In this document: positions 25,245 to 32,000 of the stretch, piece by piece
Position numbering within the stretch: the first letter of the stretch is position 1
Layout: each line of letters opens with the position of its first letter
Origin: Opitutales bacterium
GTDB taxonomy: Bacteria; Verrucomicrobiota; Verrucomicrobiia; Opitutales; PNEW01
Reading direction: 5' to 3'
DNA length: 32,000 bases
Assembly: GCA_965219535.1 (NCBI GenBank)
Contig: CBDCNV010000001.1
Span: 1,020,001-1,052,000, forward strand
The notes under the pieces: model-generated
What the model was told of the DNA's origin: nothing
Database searches by the model: none
Seen by the model: the letters and a program-made list of their open reading frames with translations, nothing else
Position numbers and translations under genes: made by a program

Positions 25245-26141
25245 TTAATAAACGCGAATGGGAACTTGCACGGCGCCGAAACCAGCCGCTTCCATATAGA
25301 GGTAACCGGTGCCTGGCGCCCCTCCCTCTACTGTAACATTGACCGATCTCGCGCCACCCGGAATAATGACTTCAGGCATGATTATACTATCCGGAACATC
25401 CGTTGTTACATCAATATAAAGTCCGCTTGCCGGTGCTTCGCTGTATAATTGAAAGATGAGAATATCACGTTGCCCCGAAGCTAAGTTGACTGATCCGGGG
25501 ATGACATTAAAGCTTGCGGAATCAACATAGAAATCACCAATCGGTAGTTCTCCCTGATCAGTACGTAACACTATCTCGTAACTGTTTCTCGTGGGTAAAC
25601 TGGGAACCGAGAAGCCAATTGAAAATGGTGAATAAAATTCAGTATCAATCTCTCTTCCATTAAATACAATAACATCAGTTTGAGAAAAACCACGACCAAT
25701 AATGCCAACTTTAGAACCCACGGGTCCACGTTTGCTTTCCAGTTGGATAACGTAGCGATTGATGAGCTGAGTCTCAAACATCTTGCTCATATATTCCTTG
25801 TATTGATATTCGTCCCCCATCCCAAATTTATAATCTACCTTGTAATAATATAATGCCGTATTATGCCCGATCGGAAGTTTATAGTCGTATGCGAAATGAT
25901 TTGAACCTTCCTCCGTTTGTCTCATCGGTAAGATTTCACCATTTATCACGAGACTGACTTTATAAGTATCAAAAATAAATTGGCTGTGATTTATTTTCGC
26001 ATTACAAGAGAAAGTATAAATATTTGAGGGGTTCGTTGGTGTTTTAAGCGGTGTTAAGTTTTGGACGGTAACACCACATCCAGCGAAGAAAATGCAGACC
26101 GAAGTTGCGATCAAGCAATGAAGTATTTTTTTTGTTTTCAT
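25245..26141 (-). CDS. Lipoprotein with IPT/TIG-like domain
   Basis: The signal peptide plus lipobox (MKTKKILHCLIATSVCIFFAGCG) begins at the internal ATG at 26141. An IPT-like segment is present (GPVGSKVGIIGRGFSQTDVIVFNGREI). The longer ORF start at 26186 would overlap hemW. Confidence 0.7.
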   Translation of the reverse strand: MKTKKILHCLIATSVCIFFAGCGVTVQNLTPLKTPTNPSNIYTFSCNAKINHSQFIFDTYKVSLVINGEILPMRQTEEGSNHFAYDYKLPIGHNTALYYYKVDYKFGMGDEYQYKEYMSKMFETQLINRYVIQLESKRGPVGSKVGIIGRGFSQTDVIVFNGREIDTEFYSPFSIGFSVPSLPTRNSYEIVLRTDQGELPIGDFYVDSASFNVIPGSVNLASGQRDILIFQLYSEAPASGLYIDVTTDVPDSIIMPEVIIPGGARSVNVTVEGGAPGTGYLYMEAAGFGAVQVPIRVY

Positions 26142-26174
26142 AGTTCTATTTTCAAATAACATTAGCAACCCATC

Positions 26175-27359
26175 ATGATTCTGCAAGAAAAAGCTGAAGA
26201 GGTATTGCCATTAGGATTTTATTTTCACGTACCCTTTTGCTCTTCCATTTGTGATTTCTGCTCGTTTTATCAGAAAGTACCGCGACGAGATGAAATCAAA
26301 CGTTATTTAAATGGAATGGAATTAGAGTTAAAAAGTCGTCCTCTCAATCGTTGTGTTGATACTGTTTTTTGGGGTGGAGGTACACCTGGTCTACTGATGG
26401 CGAAAGACCTTCAACGCCTTGGCTGTGCAATGTTAGAAAAGTTAACGCGACCACCGATTGAGTGGACGGTAGAGTTAGCGCCATCTACAGTTAAAAAAGA
26501 AAAACTGAAAGTTCTTCGCGATCTCGGGGTGACACGAATTTCAATGGGGGTGGAAAGTTTTTCTGACCGGTTATTAAAAACCTTAGGTCGCCAACACAGC
26601 CAACGGCAGGTCTTTCAGGCAATCGATACGATAAATGATCTGGGGTTCGAAAATTTAAATCTTGATCTCATTTTTTCTATCCCAGGTCAAACGATTGATG
26701 ATTGGTTATCGGATCTTAAGCAAGCTATTCGAATTTCGCCCCAACATATTTCAACCTATTGTTTGACATACGAAGAAGACACTGCGCTTTTTATCCGTCT
26801 CTCACATGGCAAGATTATTAAAAAACCGAAAGAGGAAGACGCGTCCATTTACGAAATTACAAGAGCAACACTTGAAGATGCTGGTTACAATCAATACGAG
26901 ATATCCAACTACGCGGTTGATGGCTTCGAATGTCTACATAATAAAAATACCTGGCGTCTATACGATTGGATTGGATTCGGACCTTCAGCAGCTTCTCAAT
27001 ATAATGGGCGACGTTTTGCTAATGTTGCATCACTTGAGCAATGGCTTGAGGGGATAGAAAAAGGTCAACCAATTATTATCGATGATATAAATCTGAATGC
27101 CGAAATGCTGGCCGCTGATTGTCTTATCTTCGGCTTGCGTATGAATAGAGGTGTTCATGCAGAAAAATTGCAACGCCGATTTCCTGAAATTAATTTCAGT
27201 GAGCTTCAACCTTTATGGGAAAAACTTAGCGGTGATAAATACCTTGAAATGCTGGAGGACAAAAATATCCGTTTGACGTCGCGGGGTCGACTGGTCGCAG
27301 ACCGTATTGCAGTGGAAATTCTCGAGGCCTTTGACACCTTGCCGTCGGCGTCCAAATAA
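26175..27359 (+). CDS. hemW: Radical SAM heme chaperone HemW (oxygen-independent coproporphyrinogen oxidase-like)
   Basis: It has the radical-SAM CxxxCxxC motif in HVPFCSSICDFCSF, the motif GGGTPG, and a HemN_C-like tail. Confidence 0.88.
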   Translation: MILQEKAEEVLPLGFYFHVPFCSSICDFCSFYQKVPRRDEIKRYLNGMELELKSRPLNRCVDTVFWGGGTPGLLMAKDLQRLGCAMLEKLTRPPIEWTVELAPSTVKKEKLKVLRDLGVTRISMGVESFSDRLLKTLGRQHSQRQVFQAIDTINDLGFENLNLDLIFSIPGQTIDDWLSDLKQAIRISPQHISTYCLTYEEDTALFIRLSHGKIIKKPKEEDASIYEITRATLEDAGYNQYEISNYAVDGFECLHNKNTWRLYDWIGFGPSAASQYNGRRFANVASLEQWLEGIEKGQPIIIDDINLNAEMLAADCLIFGLRMNRGVHAEKLQRRFPEINFSELQPLWEKLSGDKYLEMLEDKNIRLTSRGRLVADRIAVEILEAFDTLPSASK

Positions 27360-27611
27360 TTGTTTAAATAGTTATTTATTAAACACTTAAGTAAATTATA
27401 AACCCGCTATTGCGCGACCTTTTTTTTCACACAATCGCGGTTCAATTTCGAACGGTGACTGCGGTAAATCGTTTTTCCTTTAGCCGTCAGACAGGGTGCC
27501 GTATTGAGTGACGTCTCCACCGCCAGGCAGATTAAATGTTAACAGCTAATTTATACTTTAATACAGATATTACAAATTAGTCGACTTACGCATTTAATTT
27601 TAATCGAAGAT

Positions 27612-28403
27612 TTAAATATCGTAGTCCTGATATTTTTGCTGATCCATTTCTAAAGCGGGTGAAGATCTGCGCGGTTTGCCGACCTTTTTTGCGGGGACAC
27701 CGGCTACCGTGGTATGGGCCGGTACATCATCAAGCACTACGCTGCCAGCACCAACCCAGGCACCTTCTCCTATTTCAACGTTTCCAATGATTTTAGCACC
27801 CGCACTTAATAGCACTCCCGATCTTATTTTTGGATGTCGGTCACCAAGCTCCTTCCCCGTTCCACCAAGTGTAACTTCGTGTAAGATGGACACATTATCT
27901 TCAATCACCGCGGTTTCACCTGCGACAAAACTGGTCGCGTGATCGAGCATTATCCCGGATCCAAATCGCGCAGCTGGATGAATATCGACCGCAAATTCTT
28001 CTGAAATGATACTTTGGAGATAATGAGCTAACTCCTTGCGATCTTTTTTCCAAAGCGAGTGGCACATGCGGTACCCACTTATAGCGATGAATCCTTTTAA
28101 ATAAAGTAACGGAGTGAGATAATCATTGCAGGCCGGGTCGCGTTCGAAAACCGCCTTAATATCATTACATATTTGTACAATGATCTCTTGTTCTTTCGTT
28201 AATATCTCATAAAAGAGATCTCTGAGTATTTGTTCTGGCAATGCGTAACGGCCCAGTTTTCTTGCCAACCGGTAGCTGATAGCTTCTTCCAGGCTTACAC
28301 GATCAAGCACGCACTCTTTTAGAAGCGCGGAAAGGGCAGGTTCTTTTTTGGCTATATCCGCTGCATCGGATTGCATGCGTTGCCACATCGTATCCTTACT
28401 CAT
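27612..28403 (-). CDS. cysE: Serine O-acetyltransferase
   Basis: It has an N-terminal SATase helical domain and left-handed beta-helix hexapeptide repeats (DIHPAARFGSGIMLDHATSFVAGETAVIEDNVSILHEVTLGGTG). Confidence 0.92.
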   Translation of the reverse strand: MSKDTMWQRMQSDAADIAKKEPALSALLKECVLDRVSLEEAISYRLARKLGRYALPEQILRDLFYEILTKEQEIIVQICNDIKAVFERDPACNDYLTPLLYLKGFIAISGYRMCHSLWKKDRKELAHYLQSIISEEFAVDIHPAARFGSGIMLDHATSFVAGETAVIEDNVSILHEVTLGGTGKELGDRHPKIRSGVLLSAGAKIIGNVEIGEGAWVGAGSVVLDDVPAHTTVAGVPAKKVGKPRRSSPALEMDQQKYQDYDI

Positions 28404-28712
28404 CGTTGGAAGTATCTCTCTAGTTTATGAGTCATGTATAAAGTGAATTATTGATAGAAATTAATAATTCTAATCAAAATCTCATCCGTTAAGCGAGGCC
28501 TATAGGAATTATAAACTTTGATTGCTTTACTATCAAGCACCAGTATTTTGGCTGATAAATGCTCTGATTATGAAATTTAAGGCAGAATATTTTAAATCTG
28601 GCAATGGCACAAGTTATTGTAAAGCTAATATCAAATCGGGCAAAGGTGTTTATTTATATAAAATCCATCGCTGATTAAATGGAAAATTCGATTTTCGATT
28701 CTTATTACTATT

Positions 28713-28720
28713 TTAATTAA
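28713..28720. repeat. Target-site duplication TTAATTAA (left copy)
   Basis: The identical 8-mer directly flanks both IRs of the IS. The right copy is at 29456-29463. Confidence 0.7.
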
Positions 28721-29455
28721 GGGTCATGCCTAGAATAGACACATATCAGATGTGTAAGCTATTCTAGACAAATGAGAAATAAGTATGTACATCGTTCAAA
28801 AATTTCTGAGGCCAAATTTCGGCAGTTAGTAAAGTGTTTTAGCTTGGATATGGAAGCGTTGAAGATAGCCCAATTGACAGGATTGAATCGTAACACGGTC
28901 AACCGTTATTTGCGCTTGTTGCGGGAGCGTTTGTTGCAGCAATGTGCGCAGGCCTCGCCTTTTAGGGGGTCGGTGGAAATGGATGAGTCCTACTTTGGAG
29001 GCAAAAGAATTCCAGGGCAAAGAGGTCGGGGTGCATTCAAGAAAGTGCCCGTCTTCGGGTTGCTCAAGCGTAATGGGAAAGTCTATACCCAGGTTGTACG
29101 CAACGTCTCCAGAGCCGCTCTGCATGCGGTGATCCAAGGGAGAGTTACTTTTGACAGTGTGCTTTATTCTGACGGGTGGCGTGCTTACAACGGCCTCGTG
29201 GATCTGGGCTATAAGAAGCATTACCGTGTCAATCACAACGACAACGAGTTTGCCCAGGGACACTCCCACATTAACGGGATTGAATCTTTTTGGGCTTTTG
29301 CTAAACTTCGATTGGCTAAGTTCAAAGGTCTTTCTCGTAGGACCTTCCAACTGCACCTCAAAGAAACTGAATATCGCTTTAACCATCGTCATCAAAACCT
29401 CCATCGTAACATCCTTAATATGTGCTTAAGATACCCTCTGTTCTAGGCATGACCC
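28721..29455 (+). mobile_element. Complete 735-bp IS1595-family insertion sequence (IS1016-like size class)
   Basis: Perfect 15-bp terminal IRs GGGTCATGCCTAGAA (28721-28735) and TTCTAGGCATGACCC (29441-29455). There is an 8-bp flanking duplication and a single DDE transposase ORF whose stop codon lies inside the right IR. Confidence 0.88.
28772..29446 (+). CDS. IS1595-family DDE transposase (short form with HTH N-terminus, no zinc ribbon)
   Basis: 224 aa with DDE residues in VEMDESYFGG, LYSDGWRAYNG and HINGIESFWAFAK, and an HTH-like LTGLNRNTVNRYLR. Confidence 0.92.
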   Translation: MRNKYVHRSKISEAKFRQLVKCFSLDMEALKIAQLTGLNRNTVNRYLRLLRERLLQQCAQASPFRGSVEMDESYFGGKRIPGQRGRGAFKKVPVFGLLKRNGKVYTQVVRNVSRAALHAVIQGRVTFDSVLYSDGWRAYNGLVDLGYKKHYRVNHNDNEFAQGHSHINGIESFWAFAKLRLAKFKGLSRRTFQLHLKETEYRFNHRHQNLHRNILNMCLRYPLF

Positions 29456-29463
29456 TTAATTAA
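29456..29463. repeat. Target-site duplication TTAATTAA (right copy)
   Basis: See the left copy at 28713-28720. Confidence 0.7.
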
Positions 29464-29472
29464 TATTAATCT

Positions 29473-30399
29473 ATGGAAAATATAATCATACTCGGGACAG
29501 GATGTGCAGGTCTCACGGCTGCTATTTATTGTGCGCGAGCCAATCTAAAACCACTGGTAATTGAAGGTATTCTGCCTGGGGGACAACTTACAACAACATC
29601 AGAAGTAGAGAATTATCCAGGTTTTCCCGAAGGCATTGATGGCTATACAATGATGGACCAGATGCGTAAACAGGCCGACCGTTTTGGGGCGCGATATATC
29701 AATGATAATATTACAAGCGTTGATTTTAGTCATTCAGTTAAAAAGCTTAATTCTGAAAATAAGTCCTATGAGTCAAATAGCGTAATCATCGCTACAGGCG
29801 CTTCGCCGAGAATGCTTGGTATTCCCGGTGAAAATGAGATGTTTGGTGGAAAAGGGGTGACAACCTGTGCAACCTGTGACGGTGCGTTTTATCGAGAGAT
29901 GGAAGTCGCGGTTGTGGGCGGTGGCGATTCCGCCTGTGAGGAAGCATTATTCCTGACACGGTTTTGTTCTAAAATTAATCTCATCCATCGGCGCGATGAA
30001 TTGCGCGCGTCGAAGATCATGGCTGATCGTACATTAGCTCATGAAAAAATATTTCCCATTTGGGATTCACAGGTTGAAGCAGTGCTACCTGACAATGAAG
30101 GTACTGTTCGTGGAATAGAATTACTGAATAAAAAAACGATTGAGAAGAGCGAAATTCCATGTAAAGGAGTCTTCATCGCTATTGGCCATATACCCAATAC
30201 ACAACCCTTTCGCGATTGCCTTAATCTTGATGATGAGGGCTATATAGTTCCGGAAGCTGGTAGTCAGGTGCAAACGCACATACCTGGAGTTTATGTCGCG
30301 GGCGATTGCAGCGATCATGTCTATCGACAGGCCATCACCGCAGCCGGAATGGGTTGCCAGGCTGCCATCGATGCGGAGAGATGGCTCGCTCAACTATAG
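29473..30399 (+). CDS. trxB: Thioredoxin-disulfide reductase
   Basis: It has the FAD motif [12 protein letters not shown], the redox-active CATCDG, the NADPH motif [12 protein letters not shown], and C-terminal GVYVAGD. Confidence 0.95.
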   Translation: MENIIILGTGCAGLTAAIYCARANLKPLVIEGILPGGQLTTTSEVENYPGFPEGIDGYTMMDQMRKQADRFGARYINDNITSVDFSHSVKKLNSENKSYESNSVIIATGASPRMLGIPGENEMFGGKGVTTCATCDGAFYREMEVAVVGGGDSACEEALFLTRFCSKINLIHRRDELRASKIMADRTLAHEKIFPIWDSQVEAVLPDNEGTVRGIELLNKKTIEKSEIPCKGVFIAIGHIPNTQPFRDCLNLDDEGYIVPEAGSQVQTHIPGVYVAGDCSDHVYRQAITAAGMGCQAAIDAERWLAQL

Positions 30400-30510
30400 A
30401 CCGGCAATAGCAGGGTTAAATTCAGAACAAAGTCACCAGGCATTTCTTTAAACCATGCGCGAGTAATTATAACATCTCTCGTTTATGTTTTATATAACTG
30501 CTTAAAATAA

Positions 30511-30542
30511 AAAGCCCCCGCAGTATCATGGGGGGGCTTTTT
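30511..30542. terminator. Bidirectional rho-independent terminator
   Basis: AAAAGCCCCCG-CAGTATCAT-GGGGGGGCTTTTT has a GC stem flanked by an A-run and a T-run. It lies between convergent trxB and a small minus-strand ORF. Confidence 0.8.
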
Positions 30543-30591
30543 AGTTGCTATGGCTAGGTATTATTGGGCTAAATTTTTTCGCACCTGTTCA

Positions 30592-30837
30592 TTATTGTAA
30601 TGATCCATCAAAAACCAAAAGGAGTGTACCCATATAGGCACGAATTGATAAGGTTCTACCGTCCGTCGTCTCTTTGGTCAGGATTGTCATATTAACCGGA
30701 TGATATTTTTGTTTTATCAAGGGTGAATTTTTGGCATGTGAATTAAAAACTTGCCCCATCTTAACGAGGGAGTTGGAGATGCAATCAGTATAGGTGGTGT
30801 TATCTAATCCAGCTCTGATCATTGCCTGCCGAGTCAC
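30592..30837 (-). CDS. Hypothetical 81-aa protein (second gene of a small AT-rich cassette)
   Basis: ORF only, with a GTG start 27 nt after the upstream ORF. No motif recognised. Confidence 0.4.
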   Translation of the reverse strand: MTRQAMIRAGLDNTTYTDCISNSLVKMGQVFNSHAKNSPLIKQKYHPVNMTILTKETTDGRTLSIRAYMGTLLLVFDGSLQ

Positions 30838-30864
30838 TACATAATAATATAAGAGTTCGGATAT

Positions 30865-31080
30865 CTATAAAGAATCAGGGTCGTCTATCACAGCATGATA
30901 TAAGAGCTCGTTGTCCAATGCCTTTCTAAGTAAAGTGCAGTCATTAAGTATTGCGGTGAGATCATCTGAGGGGGACAGCGATTTCCCAAATACTTGCCGA
31001 ATAAATGAAGCATCCTGCTCCGTCAGGTTGAGATTTTCAGTTCTCTTATAAGGTGAATTACTGGTTAATCTATTATACAT
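30865..31080 (-). CDS. Hypothetical 71-aa protein (first gene of a small AT-rich cassette)
   Basis: ORF only. Its upstream region carries repeated TATATA-NGG-TATATA boxes. Confidence 0.4.
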   Translation of the reverse strand: MYNRLTSNSPYKRTENLNLTEQDASFIRQVFGKSLSPSDDLTAILNDCTLLRKALDNELLYHAVIDDPDSL

Positions 31081-31104
31081 AAGTAAAGTTTATTAAATAT
31101 AAGT

Positions 31105-31142
31105 TATATACCTTATATAAATTAAACTATATACCCTATATA
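31105..31142. promoter_or_regulatory. Two direct repeats TATATACC(T/C)TATATA spaced 23 bp apart
   Basis: The repeats are at 31105-31119 and 31128-31142, read directly. They lie 25-60 bp upstream of the 71-aa ORF start. Confidence 0.4.
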
Positions 31143-31161
31143 TCAATAATAAAAGACCTTA

Positions 31162-32000
31162 CTATAAGTTCATACACACATTTTTACCAAAATTTACCAT
31201 TCTCCTTAAATTATCGGCAAGTATACGGGAACAATAGGGAGCGATGAGAGCTCCTTTCGCCCTCAGACCGTTAAATATGACGAGAGCGGGGAGGCGCAAA
31301 TGCTGTTCAATTACCGGGCGGGTATTATCCATTGCGGGTCGAATGCCCGCGACATGATTTAGCACTTTAAATTTCAATTTTGTAAAGGAGCGAAGGCTAT
31401 TCAAAATTTCATTTTTCCCGTGTTCACTCGGTTCATGATCGAGGGGGTCCCAGGAAAAAGTGGCACCAGCCAGACAGCGATACTCGCTTAAGGGCAACAG
31501 CCACTTGCCGCCATTGAGTATAGTACGGGGGAGTAGTTGGGTGTCGGTTTCCAAAGTCAGCACTTCCCCTTTAGCTGGTTTGAAGGGAAGACTTTCAAAC
31601 CACGGATTTTCACGTCCGCGATAACCTTCGCAGAAAATAATGCGCTTCGCTATCCAATCTTTCCAGATTACCTTATCAGATTCGAGTTTCAGATCATCGT
31701 ATTGGAATCGCGTAGTAAGGCGTGATTTTTTCTGGTCGAGGTATTCACCTAGATCTATTACGAGACGGGGTATATTGACGTAGGCGGCAGGTGAGAGTGT
31801 AAAACTGCCCAATGGATCATGAATTATCTCAGGCTTGAGACCCGGTTTATTTACTGTCTTGAGAAACTGCGCAAATTCCGAATGATCTCTACAGCTTTTG
31901 AAGCGTTTTGCTTCAGCACTTGACTGAATCAAATGGATTATACTCATTTCATTGAAGTAGGGAGCACCTAAATCTGATTCAAGCTGGCGGTAGGTGTTGT
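31162..32000 (-). CDS. FAD-dependent oxidoreductase (DAO family), N-terminus beyond the window
   Basis: The frame stays open upstream of the first Met to the window edge (..NTYRQLESDLGAPYFNEMSII..). C-terminal DAO-like motifs are present: AGIRPAMDNTRPVI and NGLRAKGALIAPY. Confidence 0.6.
   Translation of the reverse strand, partial: NTYRQLESDLGAPYFNEMSIIHLIQSSAEAKRFKSCRDHSEFAQFLKTVNKPGLKPEIIHDPLGSFTLSPAAYVNIPRLVIDLGEYLDQKKSRLTTRFQYDDLKLESDKVIWKDWIAKRIIFCEGYRGRENPWFESLPFKPAKGEVLTLETDTQLLPRTILNGGKWLLPLSEYRCLAGATFSWDPLDHEPSEHGKNEILNSLRSFTKLKFKVLNHVAGIRPAMDNTRPVIEQHLRLPALVIFNGLRAKGALIAPYCSRILADNLRRMVNFGKNVCMNL

Noticed and set aside
27360-27611. Possible ncRNA or terminators in the 252-bp hemW-cysE convergent spacer (T8 run at 27422-27429, several short stems)
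   Set aside because: Only 3-5 bp stems could be drawn by hand and none precedes the T-run convincingly. No conserved RNA motif was recognised. It is left unannotated.
28570-28674. 34-aa ORF (MKFKAEYFKSGNGTSYCKANIKSGKGVYLYKIHR) in the cysE upstream spacer
   Set aside because: There is no supporting signal beyond an open frame. I cannot distinguish it from chance.
28826-29429. Antisense 192-aa ORF and the 62-aa and 92-aa alternative-frame ORFs inside the IS
   Set aside because: The transposase frame carries the full DDE signature and fills the IS. The others are shadow frames.

Overview
This is 32 kb of bacterial chromosome carrying a diderm-type housekeeping set: an LptF/G-family permease, tsaD, xseB, rpiB, trxB, cysE, cysI and hemW. 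Most start codons lack an obvious Shine-Dalgarno. I support about 27 protein genes and saw no rRNA, tRNA or CRISPR array by eye.

Blocks, in order:
(i) 47-6859: a minus-strand four-gene operon of patatin-like lipase, PaaK/F390-type adenylate-forming ligase, thiolase and FadB/FadJ.
(ii) 7411-10845: a PhyH dioxygenase followed by M24 and M20 hydrolases.
(iii) 11046-14866: tsaD, then cysI coupled to a CelD-like GNAT.
(iv) 15084-18290: a strikingly AT-rich 3.2 kb insert between the convergent GNAT and rpiB genes. It is bounded by 27-bp imperfect inverted repeats (23/27) with flanking ATTATA. It carries an intact IS1595-family DDE transposase, a third degenerate end copy, a 2-TM protein with SLATT-like architecture, and a NYN/LabA-type predicted nuclease behind a promoter-hairpin-terminator leader. 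It also holds a poly-proline mini-ORF and small unknown ORFs. This is the best candidate here for something undescribed: a cargo-carrying IS with a possible conflict or addiction module.
(v) 18441-28403: housekeeping and sugar-acid genes.
(vi) 28721-29455: a 735-bp IS1016-like IS with perfect 15-bp IRs and an 8-bp TTAATTAA duplication, inserted 17 nt upstream of trxB.
(vii) 30592-31142: a small AT-rich two-ORF cassette with TATATA-NGG-TATATA repeats.

All functional calls rest on motif recognition in the supplied translations and hand reading of the DNA. No database search or folding program was run.
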